A stretch of 64,000 bases of DNA from Candidatus Oxydemutatoraceae bacterium (GTDB taxonomy: Bacteria; Pseudomonadota; Gammaproteobacteria; Poriferisulfidales; Oxydemutatoraceae), in NCBI GenBank assembly GCA_965220085.1, contig CBDCOZ010000003.1:160001-224000 (forward strand). The letters run 5' to 3'. The notes below the pieces were generated by a model. The model searched no databases, was not told where the DNA came from, and saw only the letters and a list, made by a program, of their open reading frames with translations. This document shows positions 11,140-20,996 of the stretch, in pieces. The translations under genes were made by a program, and so were the position numbers. How positions within the stretch are numbered: position 1 is the first letter of the stretch; every line of letters starts with the position of its first letter.

Positions 11140-11673
11140 TTATGTTGCCGCCGCAGTCCGGTACAACTTGCAGGCTCCGGCTCCGGCTTTGCTCTCGCGC
11201 CGACATTGCCACTGTGCGCCGACGTCGTATTGCTCCCCCGCTTTTGACTCGATGTAAACCAAAGAGGCATCGCGTAAGAGACGGGGGTGGCGCTCCTGAT
11301 GCGCTTTTTGATTTGGCGGCGCGATGGGTTTATGTTGCCGCCGTTGTCCGGTACAGTTTGCAGGCCACGGCTCCGGCTTTGCTCTCGCGCCGGCATTGCC
11401 ACCGTGCGCCGACTTCGTATCGCTCTCCCGCTTTTGATTCTATGTAAACCAAAGAGGCGTCGTGTAAGAGTTTGGGGCGGCGCTCTGATGCGCTTTTTGA
11501 TTCGGCGGCGGGAGGAGTTTATGTTGCCGCCGCAGTCCGGTACAACTTGCAGGCTACGGCTCCGGCTTTGCTCTCGCGCCGACATTGCCACTGTGCGCCG
11601 ACGTCGTATTGCTCCCCCGCTTTTGACTCGATGTAAACCAAAGAGGCATCGCGTAAGAGTTTGGGGCGGCGCT
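11140..11673 (-). repeat. Three tandem ~190-bp copies of the rsmD 3' end (one is the live gene end)
   Basis: Units start at 11140, 11330 and 11519; the downstream part of the outer unit lies on the other side of the IS (~9705-9757). Confidence 0.93.
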
Positions 11674-12079
11674 CTATCTGCGCCAGAATTTTTGCGAGTG
11701 CGCCGCCGGCGAACGGCGGGTCAAGGAACAAGATGTCAAACGGTTTGGCGTTTGCCACAAACTCAAAAGCGTCTTGGTGCGCGACTTCTATGTTGTCGGC
11801 GTTGAAGCGTTCGGCCTCGGCGCGCAACTTCTCGCACAGCGCGCGGTTATGGTCGACCAGAGTGATGTGTCCCGCGCCGCGCGAGGCGGCTTCAAACCCC
11901 AGCGCGCCGCTGCCGGCAAACAAGTCCAGACAATGCGCGCCGGCGATTGTCGGTTGCAGCCAGTTGAACAGGGTTTCGCGCGCGCGGTCGGGGGTCGGGC
12001 GCACATCGGGGGAAGGGACGAACTCAAGCGTTCTGCCGCGCCAGCGACCGGCTATCAGTCGCACTTTGTTGGTTCGCAT
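11519..12079 (-). CDS. rsmD: 16S rRNA m2G966 methyltransferase
   Basis: RLIAGRWRGR, RPTPDRARETLFNWL, LDLFAGSGALGFEAASRG, FLDPPF. Confidence 0.96.
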   Translation of the reverse strand: MRTNKVRLIAGRWRGRTLEFVPSPDVRPTPDRARETLFNWLQPTIAGAHCLDLFAGSGALGFEAASRGAGHITLVDHNRALCEKLRAEAERFNADNIEVAHQDAFEFVANAKPFDILFLDPPFAGGALAKILAQIERRPKLLRDASLVYIESKAGEQYDVGAQWQCRRESKAGAVACKLYRTAAAT

Positions 12080-12094
12080 CTTGCCGGGCGTCGG

Positions 12095-13384
12095 CTAGCC
12101 GCCGACGGTTACGATGATCAGATTGTCGGGGTCAATGCGGCGCTTGATGGCATCCGCGACCATCGCCGGGGTGACTTGCCCGACGCGCTCGGCATATGTG
12201 TCAAGGTAGTCATAGCCGAGGTTGAAGAACGTGATGCGTCCGACCCATGTTGCGATGCTTTTGTTATCGCCGATTCTGAGCGGGAAGCCGCCGCGCACAT
12301 TGTCTTTTGACAGGGACAGCTCTTCTGCGGCGATGCTTTTTTCGTGCCAGTCTCTGAGCATGGCAAGGACGAGTTCTGTCGCGTCGGCGGCTTGCTCGGT
12401 TTGGGTCTGGAAGTTGATCGCGAAGGCGCCGTTCTCGCGCTGCGGGACGAAATAGCTCCAGATGCTGTAGACATAGCCGCGCTTCTTGCGCACTTCGTCG
12501 AGCAGGCGGGAGCCGAACCCGCTGCCGCCGAGGGCGTGGTTGCCAAGATACAGCGGGAAGTAATCGGCGTCGTTAAAACGCATGCCGGTGTGGCCGATAT
12601 AAACATGCGATTGGGCGGAGTCAAACGGTATGCGGATGTTTTGCGCTTTGCCCGGCGCGACCGGCGGCAGCGGCGGCGCTTTGGCGCCTTGCGGCAGGGC
12701 GGCGGAAATTTGTGCCGCAATCTTTTCGGCCTCGGCGCGCGAGATATCGCCGACCAGCGTGATAACCGCATTTTGCGCCGTGAAGTAGCGCTGATAAAAC
12801 GCCCGCAATTTCTGCGCCGTCAGCGTTCGCACCGTGTCCGCTTCGCCGTTGACCGGATGCGCGTAGGGGTGGTCGCCGTACAGCGCCCGGTAGAATGCGA
12901 TGCTTGCCAGCCGGTCGGGTCTTTGCGCGCGTTTTTTGATGCTGGTGAGTTCCTGATTGATGAGCCGTCGCAATGCTTTGCCTGGAAAGTCGGGTTTGGT
13001 CAGGACGGCGGCGAAAGTCTCCAGCGCCGGCGCGAGGTATGCGCTGTCGCTGAGGCTGCGCAACGACACATTTGCGGTGTCTTTGCCGACTCCGGTTGCG
13101 AACTGCGCGCCGATGGCATCAAGCCGTTTGGCGATCTCATCCGCGCTCAGACCGTCGGCGCCTTGCTCTAACATGGCGGCCGTGAGGTTCGCAAGACCGT
13201 GGTCGTCGCCGTCTCTGGCGCTGCCGCCGTCAAACATGACCGCAAGGTCGAGCATCGGCAATGCGGGACTGTGCACATAGCCGACGCGAGCGCCCTGCGG
13301 CGTGGTCCAGTGTTGTATCTCAAACGCGCCGGCGGCGCTTGCAAACGCCGCGAACAGGATCAGCGATATGGCGCGGCAAACCAT
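12095..13384 (-). CDS. M16 family peptidase, non-catalytic-type subunit
   Basis: GSARD..GLANLTAAML, LGGSGFGSRL..EVRKKRGYVY; lacks HxxEH. Confidence 0.9.
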   Translation of the reverse strand: MVCRAISLILFAAFASAAGAFEIQHWTTPQGARVGYVHSPALPMLDLAVMFDGGSARDGDDHGLANLTAAMLEQGADGLSADEIAKRLDAIGAQFATGVGKDTANVSLRSLSDSAYLAPALETFAAVLTKPDFPGKALRRLINQELTSIKKRAQRPDRLASIAFYRALYGDHPYAHPVNGEADTVRTLTAQKLRAFYQRYFTAQNAVITLVGDISRAEAEKIAAQISAALPQGAKAPPLPPVAPGKAQNIRIPFDSAQSHVYIGHTGMRFNDADYFPLYLGNHALGGSGFGSRLLDEVRKKRGYVYSIWSYFVPQRENGAFAINFQTQTEQAADATELVLAMLRDWHEKSIAAEELSLSKDNVRGGFPLRIGDNKSIATWVGRITFFNLGYDYLDTYAERVGQVTPAMVADAIKRRIDPDNLIIVTVGG

Positions 13385-14751
13385 TACTTTTTTTGCGGCG
13401 CTTGCGGCGAAAGGATCGCAACCGAGCGGTTGTGCGCGGAGAAATAACGGCGCGCGACTTCCATGACCTGTCGCGGGGTGATGCGCTCAATCCTCTCGCG
13501 CAACTTAAACAGCTCTTCCCAGCCGACGCCGATCACTTCCAGACTGCCGAGCATATACGCCTGATGGCGGATGGAGTCGCGGCGGAATACTTCCTGCGCG
13601 ATTATTCCGGCTTTGACGGTCGCCAGTTCTTCGTCGCTGACCGGATGCTCGCGCAACTTTTGCAACTCGTTTTCTATTCCTTGTTCCAGGCGTTTGATGT
13701 CGGCGCCGACCACGGGCGCGGCATTGATGTAAAACAGGTCGTCGTAACGGTTGTACGGGCTGTAAGAGACACCGACATATTGCGCCAGTTCTGCGCCGCG
13801 CACCAGCGAGCGATTGAAGCGCGCGCTACGGCTGCCGCCGAGGATGTCGGCCAACACCCAGAGCGCGTACGGGTGCCACTCCGTCGCTGCGGCGCCGGCG
13901 CGCGGCGCGCGATAGCCGACGGCAAAGTGCGGCTGTGTCGCCGGTATCTCAAGCGCTATGCGTCTCTCGCCTTGTTGCGCGGATTCGTTGCGCTTGCGGT
14001 ATGCGGGCAGCGGGCGGGCGGGGATGTGACCAAAGTATTTTTGCGCTAAGGCATATACTTCATCGGCGTTGACATCGCCGACAACGACGATGGTCGCATT
14101 GTTCGGTGCGTACCAGTTGTCATACCAGACCGCCAAATCGTTGAGCGAAATATTGGTAATGTCATCCATCCAACCGATAATCGGGTTTTGGTAGGGCGAG
14201 TTATCAAGTGCGACACTGAACAGTTGCTCGCGCAGTCTTGATTCGGGTTTGTCCTCAACGCGCCAGCGGCGCTCCTCTTCGACCACCTTGCGTTCTTTTG
14301 CCAAGTCCCCGGGTTTTAGAATCAGGTTAATCATGCGGTCGGATTCCAACTCAAAGCTGACCGGCAAGCGGCTTTTTTCAAACACCTGAAAGTACGCCGT
14401 ATAGTCGTGACCGGTGAAGGCATTATCACGCCCGCCGTAACGCTTGATCGTGCGTGTGAATTCATCGCCGGAATAGTTGGCAGTGCCTTTGAACATCATG
14501 TGTTCCAACAGATGGGATATGCCGGTGATGCCGAGGTGTTCGTCCGCCGAACCGACACGATACCAGACTTGTGATACAACCAACGGTGCGCGGTGGTCTT
14601 CGTTGACTAGCAGCTTAAGGCCGTTATCCAATTCAAACTCGCTGACGCCATGGGCGTGTTTGGCTTGTGTCGTACTTGTCGGCTGATGTGCGCACGCAAC
14701 CAGCGCCAGTGCGATTGCGAGTGCCGAAGCAAAGATTGTCATTTTTTTCAC
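13384..14751 (-). CDS. M16 family zinc peptidase (lipoprotein)
   Basis: HLLEHMMFKGT, NAFT; lipobox LVAC. Confidence 0.92.
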   Translation of the reverse strand: MKKMTIFASALAIALALVACAHQPTSTTQAKHAHGVSEFELDNGLKLLVNEDHRAPLVVSQVWYRVGSADEHLGITGISHLLEHMMFKGTANYSGDEFTRTIKRYGGRDNAFTGHDYTAYFQVFEKSRLPVSFELESDRMINLILKPGDLAKERKVVEEERRWRVEDKPESRLREQLFSVALDNSPYQNPIIGWMDDITNISLNDLAVWYDNWYAPNNATIVVVGDVNADEVYALAQKYFGHIPARPLPAYRKRNESAQQGERRIALEIPATQPHFAVGYRAPRAGAAATEWHPYALWVLADILGGSRSARFNRSLVRGAELAQYVGVSYSPYNRYDDLFYINAAPVVGADIKRLEQGIENELQKLREHPVSDEELATVKAGIIAQEVFRRDSIRHQAYMLGSLEVIGVGWEELFKLRERIERITPRQVMEVARRYFSAHNRSVAILSPQAPQKK

Positions 14752-14908
14752 TGTGCTGCTTGCTTGTCAAACAAGACTGGAATTGTATACTGAAATTGCC
14801 GTTTTGTGCGAAGGATTATGGCGGCGTATGCCCGGATTTGCCGTCAGCGCAAGCGCTGTTTAGAATATATAAGCCTCCGTGCGGGGGATGTTGACAAGGT
14901 AGTATGCA

Positions 14909-15412
14909 ATGAATCGCCATATGAACAGGTTGCTCTGTTGTTTGCTCGCGTTGCTTTTGTGCGGCGGCGCGGGCGCCGGGCAGAAGGAATTGCCGCAAGT
15001 GGATTTGATTCTCGTTGAGAAGGCGAAGCGCAAGTTGCACCTGATGCGCTACTGGCAGCCGGTACGTTCGTTTGATATTTCTCTCGGCGGGTCTCCGGTC
15101 GGACACAAGCAGCGCGAAGGCGATTCGCGCACTCCGGAGGGTTTTTATGAGATTACCTATCGCAACCCCGACAGCAGGTTCTTTCGCTCTCTGCGCATCT
15201 CTTATCCCGATGATCTCGACCGTCGCTTTGCCGCCGCCAAGGGATACCATCCGGGCGCGCACATTATGATTCACGGCGAGCCCAACAATCAGGCGGCGCG
15301 ACAGAACCTCGCTGCGGATTGGACGGATGGTTGTATCGCGTTGCGCAACCGGGATATGGCGGTTGTGTGGGAGTTGGTGAAGGAAGGCACTCCGATCATT
15401 ATTGACCCGTAG
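14909..15412 (+). CDS. L,D-transpeptidase (YkuD family)
   Basis: EGDSRTPEG, IMIHG, WTDGCIAL; signal peptide. Confidence 0.9.
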   Translation: MNRHMNRLLCCLLALLLCGGAGAGQKELPQVDLILVEKAKRKLHLMRYWQPVRSFDISLGGSPVGHKQREGDSRTPEGFYEITYRNPDSRFFRSLRISYPDDLDRRFAAAKGYHPGAHIMIHGEPNNQAARQNLAADWTDGCIALRNRDMAVVWELVKEGTPIIIDP

Positions 15413-15479
15413 GGCTTGGCTGCGGTTATTTCCAAGGGGAAACAATAGTCCCTAAAATCATCTCGGCGAACTTTGTTCG

Positions 15480-15640
15480 CCGGAGAGGGGGAGCGCTTGC
15501 GCGAACATACTCTCCCCTTGTGGGGGAGTCGGCGAACCAAGGGCGAAGCCCGCAGGTTGCCGGAGAGGGGGCAAGCTGCCGGCTTTCTCGGTGAGAGTGT
15601 TAGTTAGTGCGAGGGGTTCTCCCGCGAGGGGAGAGCGGTG
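15480..15640. repeat. REP/MITE-like palindromic intergenic element between convergent genes
   Basis: CTCCCCTTGTGGGGGAG and CTCCCGCGAGGGGAG palindromes; related sequences near 850-870 and 9640-9672. Confidence 0.5.
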
Positions 15641-15667
15641 GTTAGCGCGGTCGGTTGCGGGCGCTGG

Positions 15668-16636
15668 TTACGTTCGCAGATTATCCTGATTTTCCTTAAA
15701 CCACTGACAGGTAGAATGTATCCCGTCGGCAAACGCAATAGACGGTTGCCACCCCAGTTCTCGTAGCAGGGAGATATCAAGCAACTTGCGCGGCGCGCCG
15801 CCGGGCATGGCGGTGTCAAACCGGATTTCGCCGTTGAAAGAAAACTCATTGGCAATGATTTGTGCGCACTCCGCAATGGTCATGTCTTTGCCCGAGCCGA
15901 TATTGATGTGCGAGTTCATCGGGTTGACCCGTTGCCAGTATGTTTCCGGTTCAACGGACAGGATGTGCAGGCACGCAGCGGCGAGGTCATCAACATGTAA
16001 AAAGTCCCGCCGCGCTTTTCCATCGCCCCAGATGGAAACATCGGGGCTGCCGTCACGGGTTGCTTCGTAGAAGCGGCGAATCAGCGCCGGTATCACGTGG
16101 CTGTTTTTGGGATGGAAGTAATCGCCCGGGCCGTAAAGATTGGTCGGCATCAGGGTCCGGTAATCGGTTTTGTACTGGCGGTTATACGATTCGCACATCT
16201 TTATGCCCGCAATTTTGGCAATCGCATACGGCTCGTTGGTCGGCTCTAACTTGCCCGCAAGCAGTTGGTCTTCGCTCATCGGCTGCGGGGTGATGCGCGG
16301 GTATATGCAAGAACTGCCGTGAAAGAGCAGGCGTTTGACGCCGGCCCGCCAGGCGCCGTGAATCAGGTTGTTTTGTATCATCAGGTTGTCGTAGATGAAG
16401 TCGGCCGGAAATGCGGAGTTGGCGTAAATCCCGCCGACTTTCGCCGCCGCGATAATGACATAATCTATTTGCGTGTCAGCATAGAACGCTTCTGCTTGTT
16501 GTTGCGAGCGGAGGTCCAACTCGGCGCGGGCGGTCGTGATGATGTTTTGACAGCCGCAGGCTTCGAGGGCGCGGCGGATGGCGCTTCCGACCATGCCGCG
16601 CGCTCCGGCAAGATAAACGGATTTGTCTTCAAACAT
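15668..16636 (-). CDS. fcl: GDP-L-fucose synthase
   Basis: [36 protein letters not shown]. Confidence 0.96.
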   Translation of the reverse strand: MFEDKSVYLAGARGMVGSAIRRALEACGCQNIITTARAELDLRSQQQAEAFYADTQIDYVIIAAAKVGGIYANSAFPADFIYDNLMIQNNLIHGAWRAGVKRLLFHGSSCIYPRITPQPMSEDQLLAGKLEPTNEPYAIAKIAGIKMCESYNRQYKTDYRTLMPTNLYGPGDYFHPKNSHVIPALIRRFYEATRDGSPDVSIWGDGKARRDFLHVDDLAAACLHILSVEPETYWQRVNPMNSHINIGSGKDMTIAECAQIIANEFSFNGEIRFDTAMPGGAPRKLLDISLLRELGWQPSIAFADGIHSTCQWFKENQDNLRT

Positions 16637-17693
16637 CCTTTTTGCTTGCTTTGCTCTTGGCGGCGGCGAGGTCGCTTTCCGTCATCTCATCGACCAACTC
16701 GTCAAAGCTGACTCGCGGTTGCCAGCCGAGTTGTTGCCGCGCTTTTGCCGCATCGCCGTGCAGGCTTTCTACTTCGGCGGGGCGAAAGTAGCGCGCGTCC
16801 ACTTTGATGACCGCGCGGTTTGTGTTGCGGTCTATGCCTTGCTCGTCAACGCCTTCGCCTTGCCACTCGATGTCCATGTCCATGCGCTTTGCCACCGCCG
16901 CGACAAACTCGCGCACCGAATATTGCTCGCCGGTGGCGATGACAAAGTCATCGGGCTTGTCTTGTTGCAGGATGAGCCACTGCGCCTCGACGTAATCGCG
17001 CGCGTGTCCCCAATCGCGCCGGGCGTTCAGGTTGCCGAGGCACACGCTTTCTTGCAGGCCGTATTTGATGCGCGCGAGGCCGCGGGTGATTTTGCGGGTG
17101 ACAAATGTCTCGCCCCGGCGCGGCGATTCGTGGTTGAACAGGATGCCGTTGCAGGCAAATATCCCATAGGCGTCGCGGTAGATCGAGCATATCCAGTATG
17201 CGTAGGCTTTGGCGGCCGCATACGGGGAGCGGGGGGAAAACGGGGAGTTCTCGTTTTGCATTTTGTCGCAGGTGTCGCCGTATAGCTCCGAGGTCGAGGC
17301 TTGGTAGTAGCGGATGTTTTTTTGCTTGTCCAGCGTGCGGATCGCTTCCAACAGACGCAAGGGCCCGAGCGCATCCGAGTCGGCGGTGTATTCGGGTTCT
17401 TCAAACGAAACCGCCACATGGGATTGGGCGGCAAGGTTGTAGACTTCGTCGGGCTGTGTTTTTTCCAGAATGTGTATCAGGCTGCTTGAGTCGGTCATGT
17501 CGCCGTGGTGGAGGCGGAAGTCATAACCGCGGTTGTCTTCGTCGTTGAAGATGTGGTCAATGCGCTTGGTGTTGAACGAGGAAGCGCGTCGTTTTATGCC
17601 GTGAACACGGTATCCTTTTTTGAGCAGGAACTCGGCCAGATAGGAGCCGTCCTGACCGGTCACACCGGTAATTAAAGCGCACCGCTTGGACAT
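16629..17693 (-). CDS. gmd: GDP-mannose 4,6-dehydratase
   Basis: [46 protein letters not shown]. Confidence 0.98.
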   Translation of the reverse strand: MSKRCALITGVTGQDGSYLAEFLLKKGYRVHGIKRRASSFNTKRIDHIFNDEDNRGYDFRLHHGDMTDSSSLIHILEKTQPDEVYNLAAQSHVAVSFEEPEYTADSDALGPLRLLEAIRTLDKQKNIRYYQASTSELYGDTCDKMQNENSPFSPRSPYAAAKAYAYWICSIYRDAYGIFACNGILFNHESPRRGETFVTRKITRGLARIKYGLQESVCLGNLNARRDWGHARDYVEAQWLILQQDKPDDFVIATGEQYSVREFVAAVAKRMDMDIEWQGEGVDEQGIDRNTNRAVIKVDARYFRPAEVESLHGDAAKARQQLGWQPRVSFDELVDEMTESDLAAAKSKASKKDV

Positions 17694-17815
17694 TTTTGTC
17701 GGATAATAAAGAAGCTATGATGCAATTAAAAGCGGTGCGATTATATCATGCTTATTCTGGTATGCTATGGTTTGGTTGTCGGCGTGCCGCCGATGTTGTT
17801 TGATAGGAGGCGGAA

Positions 17816-18175
17816 ATGACGAGAAATTATGTCGGGATTTATGCGGTGGCGGTTTGCTTTATCGCCGCGGTGGTGCTCAGCGTTACGCTTGCAAAGAGCA
17901 TTTACAATGTGCTTGAGATAAGCGCGCCGGAAATTACGATGCGCGGGCATGTGTATGACCGCTTCCAGAGCAATGAGCGCTTCCTTCGCAGTTGGCCCGA
18001 AGGCAGGCCGGTGCCCGATGCCGCGGAGGCGAAGAGGTTGCGCGAGGAAGGATACCGGATTGCGGTGGCCTCGGAAAAGCGGTCGGGGATACAGGGGCTG
18101 ATTAATTCGCTGATATCGCTGGTTGTGACCGGCATACTCTTTTTCATCCACTGGCGCCTTGTGCGGCGGCGGTAG
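17816..18175 (+). CDS. Hypothetical membrane protein (2 TM)
   Basis: RBS AGGAG; hydrophobic segments at both ends, LFFIHW motif. Confidence 0.75.
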   Translation: MTRNYVGIYAVAVCFIAAVVLSVTLAKSIYNVLEISAPEITMRGHVYDRFQSNERFLRSWPEGRPVPDAAEAKRLREEGYRIAVASEKRSGIQGLINSLISLVVTGILFFIHWRLVRRR

Positions 18176-18204
18176 TTTGTTCGCCCAGAGCAAGGGCCTC
18201 CCTC

Positions 18205-18999
18205 TCACGTGCGGGGACACCCGCACTCGTAGGTAGTGGCTTGTGCTTGCTTATCGCGGGACCCTTTTAATGACCACATCTTTCCTTTTGTTCTTTTTTG
18301 GTCATGAAGATCACCGCCCGCGACCCGATCCCAAAACCGCCCGCCGACAAGTTGCTCAACGTCATATGTTTTTACAAGGTACTTATCCAATTTGCCGCTA
18401 CATTTTTTATTTGGCACCTTGAACGTCCAAAGGCGTAGGGCGCCGTTTCTTCTCTCAGCCAAAACACTTTTAACGAAAGAATGCGGAATCGGAACATCAA
18501 TACCGAGGCCTCCCTCGAGTTCTAATGTTTCAACTTTTTTATTAAAATCAAAGACTGGAGCTGTTAAAACATAGGTTTCAAGCGTATCTTCATCCTCATT
18601 AAGTTTACGAATAGCTTTCTCTAGTTTTAGCCATATCCCCGTATTAAAACTTGGCTTTTGCGGAGACATATTTGATAACAAGAATGTCTCGCTATTTTGC
18701 ACCTCAATTTGATCTTGATTGGCGCTGGCTACAAGATGTCCGCGGTGATAACCGCTATTTTTAAAATGACCTAACCCTGCCCGAAATCGTTCTGGAATTC
18801 GCAAATCGGCTCGGAACATATTCTCGCGTTTCGTCTTCTCATCCATCAGAGGAAGCAGGGGATCAACTATCTCCAGAGCCCATTTGGCCTGCCGGAAATA
18901 CCAACTGTAGCCGATAGTGAAATATCGCCCGGTTAAGATTTGATCGCAAACAGGCGCTCCGTAGCGAAGCTCTCTTTGCATTTGAAATGGATCGTTCAT
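18205..18999 (-). CDS. DNA/RNA non-specific endonuclease (NucA/EndoG-like)
   Basis: GYHRGHL, ETFLLSNMSPQ...FN.GIWLKLE. Confidence 0.9.
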   Translation of the reverse strand: MNDPFQMQRELRYGAPVCDQILTGRYFTIGYSWYFRQAKWALEIVDPLLPLMDEKTKRENMFRADLRIPERFRAGLGHFKNSGYHRGHLVASANQDQIEVQNSETFLLSNMSPQKPSFNTGIWLKLEKAIRKLNEDEDTLETYVLTAPVFDFNKKVETLELEGGLGIDVPIPHSFVKSVLAERRNGALRLWTFKVPNKKCSGKLDKYLVKTYDVEQLVGGRFWDRVAGGDLHDQKRTKGKMWSLKGSRDKQAQATTYECGCPRT

Positions 19000-19268
19000 G
19001 TTTGTCCCTCCCGAAAGGTAATATGAATATGCTCTGTATATATCATTTTTCGGGAGTTGTGTAAATAACTGACAGAAATTGCTTGATAATCCCAGATTTT
19101 AACCGTTCTGGGGATTTCTATAAACGGGCTTAATGCGGCCTGTAAGGCTTTATCAAATTGCCCATATAATCCCGATAGCAAAGGGGAGACGCCTCTTGTG
19201 TTATGGTGTATATAATTGTGGGCGGGACAGGCGCAGCCTCCCCGTTTGTTTATAAGCCTTGAATAATA

Positions 19269-20960
19269 ATGTTTGCTAATTTTTTCTCTAAAGAGAGCAT
19301 CGTCGCGCCGCCGGGTTTTAATCGCTGGCGGGTGCCGCCGGCGTCCATGGGCATCCATCTGTGCATCGGTTCTGTTTATGCGTGGAGCATCTACAATCCG
19401 GCGCTGGTAAAAGCGCTGGGGGTGGCGGTCAGTGCGCCGAACGATTGGACGCTCAATGAGGTCGTTTGGATTTTCACCGTATCGATCGTTTCTCTCGGTT
19501 TGGCCGCCGCGTTTGCCGGTCGCTGGCTGGAAGAAGTCGGCCCGCGCACCGTCGGCGTTGTCGCCGCGGTTTGTTGGGGCGGCGGCTATCTTGTCGGCAG
19601 CGCCGGAATCGCATTGCATCAGTTGTGGCTGGTGTATTTGGGCTATGGCGTGATCGGCGGCATCGGCCTTGGCTTGGGCTATGTGTCCCCGGTCAGCACG
19701 CTCATCCGCTGGTTTCCCGACCGCCGCGGCATGGCGACCGGCATGGCCATCATGGGCTTTGGCGGCGGCGCGATGCTGGCGACTCCGCTCAAAGAATATT
19801 TCCTGCAAACCTTTTACAAAGCGCCCGAATACTTGGGCCGCGTCGCCGACCTTGACATCATCACCAAAGAGGGACATCGCTTTGTCGAGGCGGGCGGCGA
19901 GTTGAAGGAGGTCGTCGTCGTCGGTGTTAACGAGGTCGCCAACATGGTGGTGCCGGGAGAGCCCGGCGCGTACTTGTTGGGTTCGGGTTCTGTCGGCGCG
20001 TGGGAGACGTTTTTGTCGATGGGCTTGATTTATTTTGTCGTGATGATAATTGCCGCGCTGAGTTATCGCATACCCGCCAAAGACTGGCGCCCCGAAGGGT
20101 GGATGCCGCCAAGCGATGATGTCGCCAAGAAAAAGATGATGACGCGGGGTTCGGTGGACATAGATCAGGCTTTGAAAACACCGCAGTTTTACCAACTTTG
20201 GATAGTCCTGTGCTTCAATGTGACCGCCGGTATCGGCGTCATCGGCGTAGCAAAAACGATGATGACCGAGATTTTCGGTTCCACATTGCCGTCGCTGGTC
20301 GATAGCGCGTTTGCCGCCGCCTATGTGTTGATGATCAGCGTGTTCAATATGGTCGGGCGGATTATCTGGGCGAGTTCGTCGGATTACATAGGGCGTAGAA
20401 ATACGTATTGGATATTTTTTGTCGGCGGGATTATTCTGTACTTGTCTATTCCGTGGACGGCGCAACAGGTCAGCATCACGCCGGCGGTTTTCTATCTGGT
20501 TCTCTTTTATGCCGCGACCATGATTATCTTTACATTCTATGGCGGCGGCTTTGCGACCATCCCCGCCTACCTCGCCGATGTCTTCGGCACCCACCATGTC
20601 GGCGGCATCCACGGCAGGTTGCTGACCGCCTGGAGCACGGCGGGGGTTTTGGGGCCGCTGGCCATCACCAGTTTGCGCCAGAATTCCTTGAACGAGGCGA
20701 TTCACGATTTGGCGCAACAGGTTGATCCGCAAAGGTTTTATCAGGCTTTTGGCGCCCGTGTCGGCGAGTTGGAGTTACTGATTGAGAATAAAGTGGTAAC
20801 ATTGGCTAAACTGCTGGAAATTGCTCCGCCGGGTACGGTTGATCCGACGCCGAGTTTATATAATACGACGATGTACCTGATGGCGTTTTTATTGTTTTTG
20901 GCGTTGATCTCCAATGCGTTTATGCGCCCGGTGGCAAGCAAACATCTGATGCAGAATTAA
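19269..20960 (+). CDS. OFA-family MFS transporter
   Basis: HLCIGSVYAWS, WFPDRRGMATGMAIMGFGGG, YGGGFATIPAYLAD. Confidence 0.93.
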   Translation: MFANFFSKESIVAPPGFNRWRVPPASMGIHLCIGSVYAWSIYNPALVKALGVAVSAPNDWTLNEVVWIFTVSIVSLGLAAAFAGRWLEEVGPRTVGVVAAVCWGGGYLVGSAGIALHQLWLVYLGYGVIGGIGLGLGYVSPVSTLIRWFPDRRGMATGMAIMGFGGGAMLATPLKEYFLQTFYKAPEYLGRVADLDIITKEGHRFVEAGGELKEVVVVGVNEVANMVVPGEPGAYLLGSGSVGAWETFLSMGLIYFVVMIIAALSYRIPAKDWRPEGWMPPSDDVAKKKMMTRGSVDIDQALKTPQFYQLWIVLCFNVTAGIGVIGVAKTMMTEIFGSTLPSLVDSAFAAAYVLMISVFNMVGRIIWASSSDYIGRRNTYWIFFVGGIILYLSIPWTAQQVSITPAVFYLVLFYAATMIIFTFYGGGFATIPAYLADVFGTHHVGGIHGRLLTAWSTAGVLGPLAITSLRQNSLNEAIHDLAQQVDPQRFYQAFGARVGELELLIENKVVTLAKLLEIAPPGTVDPTPSLYNTTMYLMAFLLFLALISNAFMRPVASKHLMQN

Positions 20961-20996
20961 ATTTTAGACTTTCCGAACAGGAAAAGGAGGGAAATT

